The notes beneath the pieces were generated by a model. The model had not been told where the DNA came from and ran no database searches. It worked only from the letters and a program-made list of their open reading frames with translations. A stretch of DNA of 64,000 nt from Squalus acanthias (lineage: Eukaryota): contig CM059432.1 in assembly GCA_030390025.1 (NCBI GenBank), positions 70,930,001 to 70,994,000 on the forward strand. The letters are read 5' to 3'. Numbering within the stretch: the stretch's first letter is position 1; each line of letters opens with the position of its first letter. This document shows positions 52,719 to 64,000 of the stretch, piece by piece. A program made the translations under genes and the position numbers.

Positions 52719-55021
52719 CAGTGGGAGTTGGGTTAGGTTTAGACCAGCAGTGGGAGTTGGGTTAGGTTTGGACCAGCAGTGGGAGTTGGGTCAGGTTTGG
52801 ACCAGCAGTGGGAGTTGGGTTAGGTTTGGACCAGCAGTGGGAGTTGGGTTGGGTTTGGACCAGCAGTGGGAGTTGGGTTAGTTTGGACCAGCAGTGGGAG
52901 TTGGGTTAGGTTTGGACCAGCAGTGGGAGTTGGGTTAGGTTTGACCAGCAGTGGGAGTTGGGTTAGGTTTGGACCAGCAGTGGGAGTTGGATCAGGTTTG
53001 GACCAGCAGTGGGAGTTGGATCAGGTTTGGACCAGCAGTGGGAGTTGGGTTGGATTTGACCAGCAGTGGGAGTTGGATCAGGTTTGGACCAGCAGTGGGA
53101 GTTGGATCAGGTTTGGACCAGCAGTGGGAGTTGGATCAGGTTTGGACCAGCAGTGGGAGTTAGATCAGGTTTGGACCAGCAGTGGGAGTTGGATCAGGTT
53201 TGGACCAGCAGTGGGAGTTGGGTTAGGTTTGGACCAGCAGTGGGAGTTGGGTTAGGTTTGGACCAGCAGTGGGAGTTGGGTTAGGTTTGGACCAGCAGTG
53301 GGAGTTGGATCAGGTTTGGACCAGCAGTGGGAGTTGGGTCAGGTTTGGACCAGCAGTGGGAGTTGGGTTAGGTTTGGACCAGCAGTGGGAGTTGGGTTGG
53401 GTTTGGACCAGCAGTGGGAGTTGGGTTAGGTTTGGACCAGCAGTGGGAGTTGGATCAGGTTTGGACCAGCAGTGGGAGTTGGATCAGGTTTGGACCAGCA
53501 GTGGGAGTTGGGTCAGGTTTGGACCAGCAGTGGGAGTTGGATCAGGTTTGGACCAGCAGTGGGAGTTGGGTTAGGTTTGGACCAGCAGTGGGAGTTGGAT
53601 CAGGTTTGGACCAGCAGTGGGAGTTGGGTTAGGTTTGGACCAGCAGTGGGAGTTGGGTTAGGTTTGGACCAGCAGTGGGAGTTGGGTTAGGTTTGGACCA
53701 GCAGTGGGAGTTGGATCAGGTTTGGACCAGCAGTGGGATTGGGTCAGGTTTGGACTAGCAGTGGGAGTTGGGTCAGGTTTGGACCAGCAGTGGGAGTTGG
53801 GTCAAGTTTGGACCAGCAGTGGGAGTTGGGTCAGGTTTGGACCAGCAGTGGGAGTTGGGTCAGGTTTGGACCAGCAGTGGGAGTTGGATCAGGTTTGGAC
53901 CAGCAGTGGGAGTTGGGTTAGGTTTGGACCAGCAGTGGGAGTTGGGTTAGGTTTGGACCAGCAGTGGGAGTTGGGTTAGGTTTGGACCAGCAGTGGGAGT
54001 TGGATCAGGTTTGGACCAGCAGTGGGAGTTGGGTCAGGTTTGGACCAGCAGTGGGAGTTGGGTTAGGTTTGGACCAGCAGTGGGAGTTGGGTTGGGTTTG
54101 GACCAGCAGTGGGAGTTGGGTTAGGTTTGGACCAGCAGTGGGAGTTGGATCAGGTTTGGACCAGCAGTGGGAGTTGGATCAGGTTTGGACCAGCAGTGGG
54201 AGTTGGGTCAGGTTTGGACCAGCAGTGGGAGTTGGATCAGGTTTGGACCAGCAGTGGGAGTTGGGTTAGGTTTGGACCAGCAGTGGGAGTTGGATCAGGT
54301 TTGGACCAGCAGTGGGAGTTGGGTTAGGTTTGGACCAGCAGTGGGAGTTGGGATAGGTTTGGACCAGCAGTGGGAGTTGGGTTAGGTTTGGACCAGCAGT
54401 GGGAGTTGGATCAGGTTTGGACCAGCAGTGGGATTGGGTCAGGTTTGGACTAGCAGTGGGAGTTGGGTCAGGTTTGGACCAGCAGTGGGAGTTGGGTCAA
54501 GTTTGGACCAGCAGTGGGAGTTGGGTCAGGTTTGGACCAGCAGTGGGAGTTGGGTCAGGTTTGGACCAGCAGTGGGAGTTGGATCAGGTTTGGACCAGCA
54601 GTGGAAGTTGGGTTAGGTTTGGACCAGCAGTGGGAGTTGGGTCAGGTTTGGACCAGCAGTGGGAGTTGGGTTAGGTTTGGACCAGCAGTGGGAGTTGGGT
54701 TAAGTTTGGACCAGCAGTGGGAGTTGGGTTAGGTTTGGACCAGCAGTGGGAGTTGGATCAGGTTTGGACCAGCAGTGGGAGTTGGATCAGGTTTGGACCA
54801 GCAGTGGGAGTTGGGTTAGGTTTGGACCAGCAGTGGGAGTTGGGTTAGGTTTGGACCAGCAGTGGGAGTTGGGTTAAGTTTGGACCAGCAGTGGGAGTTG
54901 GGTTAGGTTTGGACCAGCAGTGGGAGTTGGATCAGGTTTGGTCCAGCAGTGGGAGTTGGGTTAGGTTTGGACCAGCAGTGGGAGTTGGGTTGGGTTTGGA
55001 CCAGCAGTGGGAGTTGGGTTA
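52719..55021 (+). repeat. 29-bp minisatellite, about 79 copies
   Basis: Unit ACCAGCAGTGGGAGTTGG(GTT/ATC/GTC)AGGTTTGG seen directly; the array accounts for all the stacked ORFs here. Confidence 0.98.
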
Positions 55022-55329
55022 CTGAGTGAGATGTAAACCAGCATCCCCCTGAATCCACCATTGTTTTCTGTCAGTACTTTGTTCAAACCTTGACAACTGC
55101 TCATCCTTCTGATTACGAAATCACGGCTCTGAATATATAGTTAAACTTCCTTTGTAAGCCTGATTCTAAAAGATTCCATGCAAATTTGCCTTGAACTAGG
55201 TCTTACTGTCCTTTACAAGCATTTTTGGGAGAATTATATCTAGCAATACATTTCAGCATGGAATAAAACCCTATGGTAGAAACATGAGAAACATCTGCTA
55301 ACAACTTCCTAATGATTTCACTCACCATT

Positions 55330-57136
55330 GCCAGAATTTTGCTGGCGCTCAGAGTGCGGGTTTGGAAGTGGGTCCACTGTCAAAATCAAAAAGATTGACA
55401 GCAGGTCAGTATCCCGCTGTAAACCCGCCTCCTTGTCAGTTTCCCAAGTGTCGGGTCTGTCATCCCTGAACAGACCCGACACCAAGCAACGGGTCAGCCA
55501 ATTTAGATACTTAAAAGCTTGTTAAAAGGTAGTTAAGCACAATTTTACCATGTACTTACCATTTTACCAGCTTTTCCACGCGTTTCCCGGAGCACGGGGA
55601 TCATGTCAGGTAAATAGGTTGGGTGTTGTGTCAGCATGGAATAATTTACTAACCTGACAGCTGCAAATGCTCTATGAAAGCTTCCATTTCATAGCTGTTC
55701 ACTTCCAAGGTTAGAAGCTGTTGTTTACTGCATTTAGAAGACAGATTGAGCTTTATGCAGCTAGCAAGTGTTTGGAGCAAACTTTCTATCCAGTGTCACC
55801 TCATCGGAACAACCTCTCTCAACATTGACAGATCGCTTCTGTCATCTCAACCCCACCTGCCATCTATTCCATCAGCATTGGTGCCCTTGAAAAAAATCTC
55901 ACCTTGGTCCTCAGAATCCCAGCACGATGAGCCCCAACACCAGCATCACCGGGCACACCAGCAGCACCAACATCCACACCAACCTTCTCTGCAATCAACT
56001 GATGCTGCACTGGACACAGGGCATAATCACCCATGCACATTGCTGCCTGGGACGCCAGCGATGGCCTCACCATGTCCAGATTTGCTTCACTTAACACTGT
56101 ACACCCTAGCTGCCACATGATGCACCAGGTTGGCACCACCCCACACCAGCACCATAAAGCATCCCTACAATGTCCAATCCATTCCTTTCACAGTCATCAC
56201 CATTGTGGGGGGGGGGGGGGGGGGGGAGGGGGGGGGGATGTTATGTTTCACCATTCACTGGAACTCACTAAGACACTTTCAAAGGTGCACACAAATCTGT
56301 CCAAGAAGGCAAAGTGGTGAAAATAAGGATTTCAATGCTTGACAACATATTAACAGAAACTTTATACAAACATTGGCTAAAGCACACTAGTGCCTACCCT
56401 TGTGTGTTGTTAGTTTGAATGATTGGACAAGGATGAGGGTGAGTGTGAGGGGTGGCTAGTGAGATGGGGAAGTGATAATGTAGATAGAGAGGGATGGGTG
56501 GAGGTGTAAGGTAAGTTGGTGTAAGTAAGGATTTGCAGGAGTAGGGTAGGGAAGGCAGAGTGATGGAGCTGTGATGAGAGGCACAGCAGGATGAGGTTGA
56601 GTGTGGCTTTGTACTAACGTTTCATGATCTAATAAGATAATTGAAAGGTTTGTGCCACTGCAGCCTGATCCTCCTGATGACATCCCTGCTTGTGTCCTCC
56701 TGTGCAATGTGCAACCAGGCTGCGTTGGTCTCCTGCGGAGGTCTCTTCCGCCCTTGGAAGGGAAGAGGACCTCCCTGCGTGCTGTGACTCCCTCTATAAG
56801 TATATGGAGGGAGTCATAGGAGAACCTGGGTGAAGCCCTGCACCTCTGTGCAGTAATTCTCAGTGTTTGCAGCTGTTCAATGATGTAGAACACTGACAGC
56901 ACAACTGTCAAAATCAATGTGGACCATCAATAAGGAAACCGGCTGATGACGCGTCATCAGATGACGTCATCAGACCCGCTTCCTTTTAATTGGCTGGGAA
57001 CCTCACACGGCGGGCTTAACAAGCCCAATCAGGGCAAAATCACTTGGAGGAGGCGGGATGAAGACGGGAGCAGGGTTTGAGGCCGCTGCCTACTCCGGCC
57101 GCACCGGACTCGCCACGGCTGGCGAAATCACGGCCC
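55330..57136 (-). mobile_element. Non-autonomous PIF/Harbinger derivative
   Basis: Homologous to 3638-5236 and 36750-39346; degenerate TIRs; Myb remnant 56600-56900. Confidence 0.78.
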
Positions 57137-57451
57137 ATGTCTACTTCTTTAGCAGAAAGGAAAAGATAATTTTGTTATCCACCGACAATGCTCTCACAAT
57201 ACATTTCTTCTCAATTTTAATACAGATTATTGGTGTAGTCAGTACTGGTCTGGAAAATGTACCTGGACATATGTGACTGCACTATAAAAATTAAGTTATA
57301 TTGAATTTGGATTTTATTGACTAACAAAGACAGACTGGATGAGGTCCAGGTAGAATAGTAGTGGGTAAACATTCTACTGTGTCATTCCTGGCATTCACTG
57401 GGAGTGCACATCACAAAATAACACACTCCCAGTTTATGTTTTTCACTCATT

Positions 57452-58066
57452 GGGGTGGATTTTCACTTGCTTTACCTGGTATTAACGGGGCGGTAATAGC
57501 CTCCAAATGGGGACGCTAGCCTTACCACCCCTTTAATTCTGATGATGCGCTGGGGTACATTTTCAAAGAGGCTTACCTGCCTTACTTACCTGCCAAGGTG
57601 CCTGCCTGTTTCAGGTGGTAGACTCCATTTAATATGCAAATTGGCATCCTATGATGTAAATAGGACCCCATTTCCATTTTAGGTTGGAAATGGTCAGAGC
57701 CTGGACAGTGCAAGTTCCGATCAGTTCCATGGGCAATGGAGCCGAAAAGGCCTAGCAAAGGCAAGGTTGGAATTATTTTCATGGAGGAGCAAGAATTCTC
57801 CTGTGAACCCCACAAAAATAATCTGGGCTGCTGCAACCCTCCATGATTGCGACCCTTCCCAAACTTACCTTACTGGCGGCCCAACATTGATAGGCTTCAA
57901 TCTGGTGAACCACATTGGGATGCCCATTTGGTGCCCCGCAGCTTGCCGGCTCAATGTAAATGAGGCTGAGGCCTCAAAATCAAGGCTGCTTCTTCACTTC
58001 AAGTGCTAGCATTTGACCGATTAGCACACTCTGCTAGTCGGTCACCAAAAAGTCAAAATCAACCCC
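57452..58066. mobile_element. MITE (about 615 bp)
   Basis: TIRs GGGGTGGATTTTCACTT / AAGTCAAAATCAACCCC. Confidence 0.6.
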
Positions 58067-59231
58067 TTTATCTTTAATAGATGCCAAATCCTGGGCAGGA
58101 TGTGCGCAGATTGCGATATGCATTTCCAGCGCATGCCAGGAGTAGCACAGAGGAATTTTATATATTTTAAAATTTCTATAGGGATATTGAGAAAAGCGAA
58201 AGGTGTTGTTCTGGTTATAAAGGCAGAAAAAGAAAGCAACAGATTAACACAGTGTTGTAGGAGCTAACAGCTCTGTGGACAGGTTCACTGCATGTTGTAC
58301 TGGGCCAAAAAGACACAGGTTCAAATCCTGATTTGTGCTGAGTAGATCTCAGAGGTGCATAAGTGCTAATTTATGGGGACGGACTCCAATCTGAGAATAA
58401 TGCCTTTATTTTGCTCAGGGTGGCTTTGCTGCCAGATTTGGAACTTGCTGGACAGCAGCCAAGTTGCCCATGTTCGGTAGTTAAATTAGTGGATTCAAAT
58501 TTCCTGCACTCCAGGAAGTTGCCCTATCAGTCACTGCTGCTGCTTGGGCCTCAGGAAATTTGAACCTGCTAGTTAACAGGCTGCAAATCTGAACAAGCAG
58601 ACTGCTGGCTAGTAAGTTCATAGTGCCGATTTTAACCCTGCCAACTGGAAAAGCAGGCAGTTCCCGTGGGTTGTAGGTGAGAGTGATAGCCGGCGGAGGA
58701 AAGAGAGGTCCTTTTCAAATATACAGATCGGGCTTCAGTAACACCAGATTTTGCTGGTGGCGACCCACTTATCCATGCAGTTTACTTTAAATTTTCTGCA
58801 CTGACTAAAGTCAGTGATTCTGACTGCAGAATATTTTAGTCCACAGGTTTTAGTGTGTACATGTGCTGCTGCTGAACTAGATCTGCCTGTCAACAGAATC
58901 ACGTTCATAGTCCTACTCCTCCATGTTTTGTGCAGGTGGCTGGAGGGCTGCAATTAGCCTCAGTTTTCCCGGACTAGGAAAGGGAAAAATCAGCCAAGGT
59001 GCCAGCTACTGCTCCTGCACACTATCCTGTGATCTATGCCAGAAAGTGAGAATGATGAATGTCTGCAGGATCGGCTGCAAGTAATCATTTTGCTGGGGAA
59101 GCTGGATTCATGGAGAAAAAAATGGAGGAAGGAATTCCTCTGGTTTTTATATGCATGACATTGTAAACACATTCATAAACTTTCATCTGGTCAGTATTTC
59201 TAGAGAAATTGAACATATTTATGATTTATAA

Positions 59232-59681
59232 CACGGTGGCATAGTGGTTAGCACTGGTGCCTCACAGCGCCAGGGACCCGGGTTCGAATCTGGCCTCGGG
59301 TGACTGTCTGTGTGGAGTTTGCACATTCTCCCCGTGTCTGCGTGGGTTTCCTCCGGGTGCTCCGGTTTCCTCCCACAGTCCAAAAATGTGCGGGTTAGGT
59401 TGATTTGGCTATGATAAATTGACCCTTAGTGTTAGGGGGGGATTAAATATGTGGGGTTACGGGGATAGGATGGGATATGTTAGGGGGAATTAAATACGTG
59501 GGGTTACGGGGATAGGGTGGGATATGTGTCGGTGCAGGCTCGATGGGGATTCTGTGTGAGAGAGCAGGGATAGGGTACTGGATTTGGATGATCAGCCATG
59601 ATCGTATTGAATGGTGGAGCAGGCTCGACGGGCCGAATGGCCTACTCCTGCTCCTAGTTTCTATGTTTCTATGTTTCTATG
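59232..59681 (+). mobile_element. HE1-like V-SINE, full length
   Basis: tRNA head (TGGCATAGTGG, GGTTCGAATC); V-domain TGTGGAGTTTGCACATTCTCCCCGTGTCTGCGTGGGTTTCCTCCGGGTGCTCCGGTTTCCTCCCACA; CR1-derived tail and (TTTCTATG)3. Confidence 0.9.
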
Positions 59682-60016
59682 ATTTCTCCAAAAATACTGA
59701 CCAGACGAAATCCTCATGAATGCACTGACAACGTTGTTACACATTGCAATCAGAGCAATTCTCCTACACTAGTGACTAAGTATAGTAGGAAACTTCAAAA
59801 AAGAAAAGGTATTCAGTAATGCCAACTCTCACAATTTAATCGTGAGACACGCAATTTTTGATGAAAGTCCCTCCCCAACTCACAATCTCGCGATTCACCT
59901 CAGAAAACTCACGAGTTGACCAGTTGATTAATTCCAAATCAGAAATTCTGTACAGGAAAAAAAGCGAACTCTGCCTGCATACCCCGCATTGAAATGGTTG
60001 AAAATGTGCACAAATC

Positions 60017-61395
60017 ATTGAAGGTGGCAGGACAGGTTGAGAAAGCGGTTATAAAAGCATATGGGATCCTGAGCTTCATAAATAGAGCCATAGGGCTGGA
60101 TTTTCATTGACCCGTGGAGGCGGGTTTGGAGGCATGTGGGGGGTTAAAATTGCGAAAACTGTCGGGCGGGCACAAGCCCGCCTCCATCCCGCCTCCATGC
60201 AATTTTCATTAAATTGTGTCTGCTGGTCCCGACTCTGTCCCGCCTCTAAGAGGCCCTTAACAAGCACTAAATTGCCTCTATAATGCCATTTTGAAAGGCT
60301 TTTGTGATTTTAACCTTTTTTATACGTGAAGCATGCCAGTTCTGAACCACGAATGTGAAACCTGGCGGGAGCACATTTGGATAGCTGATGCCGGCTGGCC
60401 GGCTGGCCATCTGGCTGGGTATGGGGATGCATATATGGATGGCTATGTGGATGGATGACTATGTGGATGGATGGAGAGGAGACATATCTGGGAGTGGTGG
60501 TGTAAAAATATCTGGGAGCAGACTTAGGGCTGCTGCTGCTCATTTTGCAGGTCCTCTCACAGCAAAGGCCAGGCAGTCTTTGAAGACCTTCAATGCAGCA
60601 GCAATGATGACATCATCAGAGGCGACTTTCAGACTGAAAACACTAATTGGTTCATGGGTTCCCACATGCTGGAACTCAATTGCCCAATTAGGTGAAAATT
60701 GCATCAATCTCCCACATCCAATTGCAGTCGGGTGGATAACACGAAAAGTGGATGACACGACCCCAACCCGCCCCAGTATCAAAATCCAGCTCATAGAGTA
60801 CAAAAGCAAGAAAGTTATGATGAACCTTTATAAAACACTAGTTCGGCCTCAACTGGAGTATTGTGTCCAATTCTGGGCACCACACTTTAGGAAGGATGTG
60901 AAGGCCTTAGAGACGGTGCAGAAAAGATTTACGAGAATGATTCCAGGGATGAGGGACTTCAGTTACGTGGATAGACTAGAGAAGCTGGGGTTGTTCTCCT
61001 TAGAGCAGAGAAGGTTGAGAGGAGACTTGATAGAGGTATTCAAAATCATGAGGGGTCTAGACAGAGTAGATAGAGAGAAACTGTTCCCATTGGCAGAAAG
61101 GTCGAGTACCAGAGGATGCAGATTTAAGGTGTTGGCAGAAGACGACATGAGGAAAAATGTTTTTACGCAGCAAGTGGTTAGGACCTGGAATGCACTGCCT
61201 GAAAGGGTGGTGGAGGCAGATTCAATCATGGCTTTCAAAAGGGAATTGGATAAGTACCTGAAGGAAAACAATTTGCAGTGCTACAGGGAAAGGGCGGGGG
61301 AGTGGGACTAACTGAAGTGCTCTCGCAGAGAGCCAGCATGGGCTTGACGGGCTGCATGGCCTCCTTCTGTGCTGTAACCATTCTATGATTCTATA
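60017..61395 (+). mobile_element. CR1 3' fragment interrupted by a MITE
   Basis: LINE sequence ..AATAGAGCCATA [MITE] ATAGAGTACAAAAGC..; intact C-terminal frame to 61311. Confidence 0.92.
60093..60792. mobile_element. Harbinger-type MITE (700 bp)
   Basis: TIR GGGCTGGATTTT / AAAATCCAGCTC; 3-bp TSD ATA; right end similar to the left end of the 61401 element. Confidence 0.8.
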
Positions 61396-61400
61396 TATAT

Positions 61401-64000
61401 GGCTGGATTTTGTCAGTGTGGGCGGGCTGGGGCGTGTGAGGTGGAAATCGTGACAGGACCCCGACTCCTAAGTGAAGTGTTGAAAAAGTGCGATTTTCCC
61501 CTAATTGGCCAATTGATTTGCTGCATGTGGGAACCCCTGGCCCAATGAGTCTTTTCATACAGAAAGTCGCCTCCGATGACGTCATCAATGCTGTTGGATT
61601 TAAGGCCTGCAAGCAGCCTTGATTCTTCTGGAGACTGCAAAGGCTCTGCAATTTATATAAAGGAGTCAAATTGTGGAAAATGTCAACGATCAAGCAAAAG
61701 TGTGCTCCTCGGTTTGATGAGCCCTCCCTCCAAGCTCTGGTGCACGGAGCCAGCTGTAATAAGCAGGTGCTGTTCCCTTCCTCAGGGAGAAAAAAGCCAC
61801 CCCAGCAGACAAAAGCTGTATGGCTACAAGTGGCCCAGAAGGTCAACTCCATTTCGCTGAGCCGCAGAACCTGGCTGCAATGCAGGAAGAGGTTTCATGA
61901 CCTTCTCCGCACAGGAAAAGTGAGTATGACTTTCCCATCACCCTCAATCTGATCCCCATCGCCTCTCCTCACCAGCACTCTGCTATGCCAACCTCTTCCT
62001 CCATATGCCATTTGACACTTACATCCCTGCACCCTTACCCATTCCCTCTCTCTCTATGGTCACATTCACTTAACTATTGGACCATGCAGCCCTCACACTC
62101 CCTATCACTGTGATGCCATGACAACAACAACTTTCAACACACAGGGAGGGTCCTTTGTATCCTTCTAAGCATCTATGTTATGGATTCTCTACACTCACTC
62201 CTTCATTCTCACTCAAACTCCACTTGTGTCCCTCATTGCAGGAGAAGAGAGCCCACAATAAGAGGGAAAGGGCGAGGACAGGAGGAGGGCCACCCTCAGT
62301 AGCCCAGCTCACCCACTGGGAGGAGGCGGCCCTGGAAATCGCTGGGATCGAGGAGGATACCCAAGTGGGGGATGGACAGATGGGCGCATCACAGCAAGCT
62401 GGTGACAGAATAGTTTGGCATCTCTCTCATTGACATAGCATGAGTCACTGATAATGATTCTGATGCTCTAACAGATTGTCTTATGATCATCTGCAATATT
62501 CAATGTGCATGTAAAATTGGCCTCACATCTCTGACTCTTTCCTTTACTCCCCCACAGGACCATCGAAAGCCCCCATCCCCACTATCCAGGAGGAACAGCC
62601 TGAGCCTCCAGACTCCTCAGAGGAAGCTGCAACCTCTGAGGGCGCAGCGTCAGCAGAATTCAGCGCACCCAGCACCAGTGGAGAGGATGGCTATGTCCAT
62701 GGAGGAGCTTAGTCGCCAGGGTATTGAAAATATGGTCATTGTTCAGAATAGAATGACATCTCTTGAGGAGCGATGGTCAGCTATTGAGCAAACAAACCAG
62801 ACCTTCATGCAAGTCCTCTGGAGTAGGACTTCCAATGCAGAAACGGGTCCTCATGGCCCCCCTGCAGTGCAGCAAGGTGCTGTCAAGCCACTTGCTAGCT
62901 CTGAAGTGGGGCTGACCCATGAGAGGGATGTTGGTGGCAGACAACAAGGAAGTGAGGGCTCCTCTCCAAGCGCTCACATGACCATGCCACAGCAAAGCCC
63001 TCGGTCAGAGCACCACCAGAGTCCTCACCCAACTGAGATGGGCGTCTTAGCCCCTGCACAGCTGCAGGAGCAGCAGACTGTTGGTGAGCCCGCACAGGTT
63101 CACCACCCCAGAGGACGCCTGCCAAAGGCGTCAAGATAGGAGCAGCAAGAGAGTGAGCAAGGGGCCTCCACATCTGCTGTAGCCACAGGGGAAGCACCAC
63201 GTAGGAGCATGCATAAGAGGAAGATAAAGCACAAGTAGTCACAAGGGTAGTCACTTGGGTGCTGTGTTGTTTTGTTTTTGGACCAGCCATCATTGTGATT
63301 GTATTATAAAGTGTTTTGATGGCAAACTGTTGAAGTTGTGGCCTGTGTCATTTCGCAAATGGGACTTACACATAGAGGGCTTAGGGCGCCTTGCGATTAT
63401 CAGAATGGTGGTCAGAGTGATAGGATTCCACAGGTTCTTGTCCATTGTCGATGCTCTGGTAAGAAGGAGCGAGACTAAAGTGTTTGATTGTGCAGGCTAA
63501 GCAAATCTGGCCAGGATGAGTGCATCCCTTGCATCCCGGGCAGCAATGTTGTCGCGCGCTGGCGCCTTCTGGCCTGTGCATCTTCAGGTGGGTGACTAGC
63601 AGCTTGCCGCTCCTGTTGATGCTCCTGCTGTTGGTGGTGCTGTTGCTCATGGTTCTGCTGCTGCCGCGGCTGGTCTGCATCCGAATCTGATGTCCAGGAG
63701 GAAAGGAATTAAATGTTCGCCATGCTTCTGGAATATGCCTCAGTTGAAGAAGCGCTTAGTCAAGGTGGGGGAGAGGGGTTTCCCAGGAGGTCACACTGGA
63801 GATGGGTGTCAGGCTCCAAACTTCCACAACAATGAGTATGCCTGCTAAAAGCTCCCCCAGACCTGAGACAACAAAGTTCTGCCACCTGCAAATGATCATC
63901 GGTGAAAACTCCTTTGTAATGGTGGAGCTGCAGCTGTGTGTAAACAATCCACTTGTGAGGCCACCAGGAATACCTGGCGTGTTCCAGAGGAGGTGTGAAG
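61401..64000 (+). mobile_element. PIF/Harbinger element with spliced Myb/SANT gene (+) and convergent transposase C-terminal remnant (-); runs off the right edge
   Basis: TIR GGCTGGATTTT after TAT; exon 61680-61919 (APRFDEPSLQAL..LFP..W.QVAQKVN..RTWLQCRKRFHDL, donor gtgagt); exon from 62242 (EKRAHNKRERARTGGGPP); minus-strand ARDARDALILARFA* ending at 63497. Confidence 0.8.

Noticed and set aside
52719..55021. CRISPR-like array, or coding repeat suggested by many stacked ORFs
   Set aside because: Units are head-to-tail with no unique spacers, there are no cas genes and the context is eukaryotic; the 29-bp period makes ORFs cycle through frames.
59232..59305. tRNA gene
   Set aside because: It is the tRNA-derived head of a V-SINE and continues into the V-domain and LINE tail.
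60388..61311. 307-aa ORF as a novel gene
   Set aside because: Chance read-through from an inserted MITE into the CR1 ORF2 C-terminus; the junction coincides with the TIR/TSD at 60792.

Overview
This is eukaryotic, repeat-rich vertebrate DNA, very probably from a cartilaginous fish (shark-type CR1/L2 LINEs, HE1/V-SINE, Deu-domain SINEs, shark-type proenkephalin). It holds two minus-strand genes in the same order and orientation as human 8q12. The first is the 5' three coding exons of an SDR16C5/RDHE2-type retinol dehydrogenase, which continues off the left edge. The second is a complete proenkephalin gene (PENK, 265 aa; seven Met-enkephalin cores, no Leu-enkephalin) with a TATA box, a putative non-coding exon 1 and an ENKCRE-like site. 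Between them lies a processed pseudogene of ATP synthase subunit c. Most of the rest is transposon-derived: CR1, L2 and RTE fragments, SINEs, PIF/Harbinger derivatives, MITEs and Penelope-like elements (PLEs). The most striking structures are: two fold-back (hairpin) PLE insertions with target-site duplications, one a near-perfect 1.1-kb palindrome; several minimal hammerhead ribozyme motifs in PLE termini, one lying exactly at a fold-back point; a 2.3-kb G-rich 29-bp minisatellite with a 695-bp higher-order duplication upstream of PENK; an LF-SINE-like relic in the PENK intron; and an unexplained old local duplication. I cannot confirm a wholly new biological system. Most ORF-track entries are repeat-derived or spurious. 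Repeat family names come from recalled consensus features, not from a database search.
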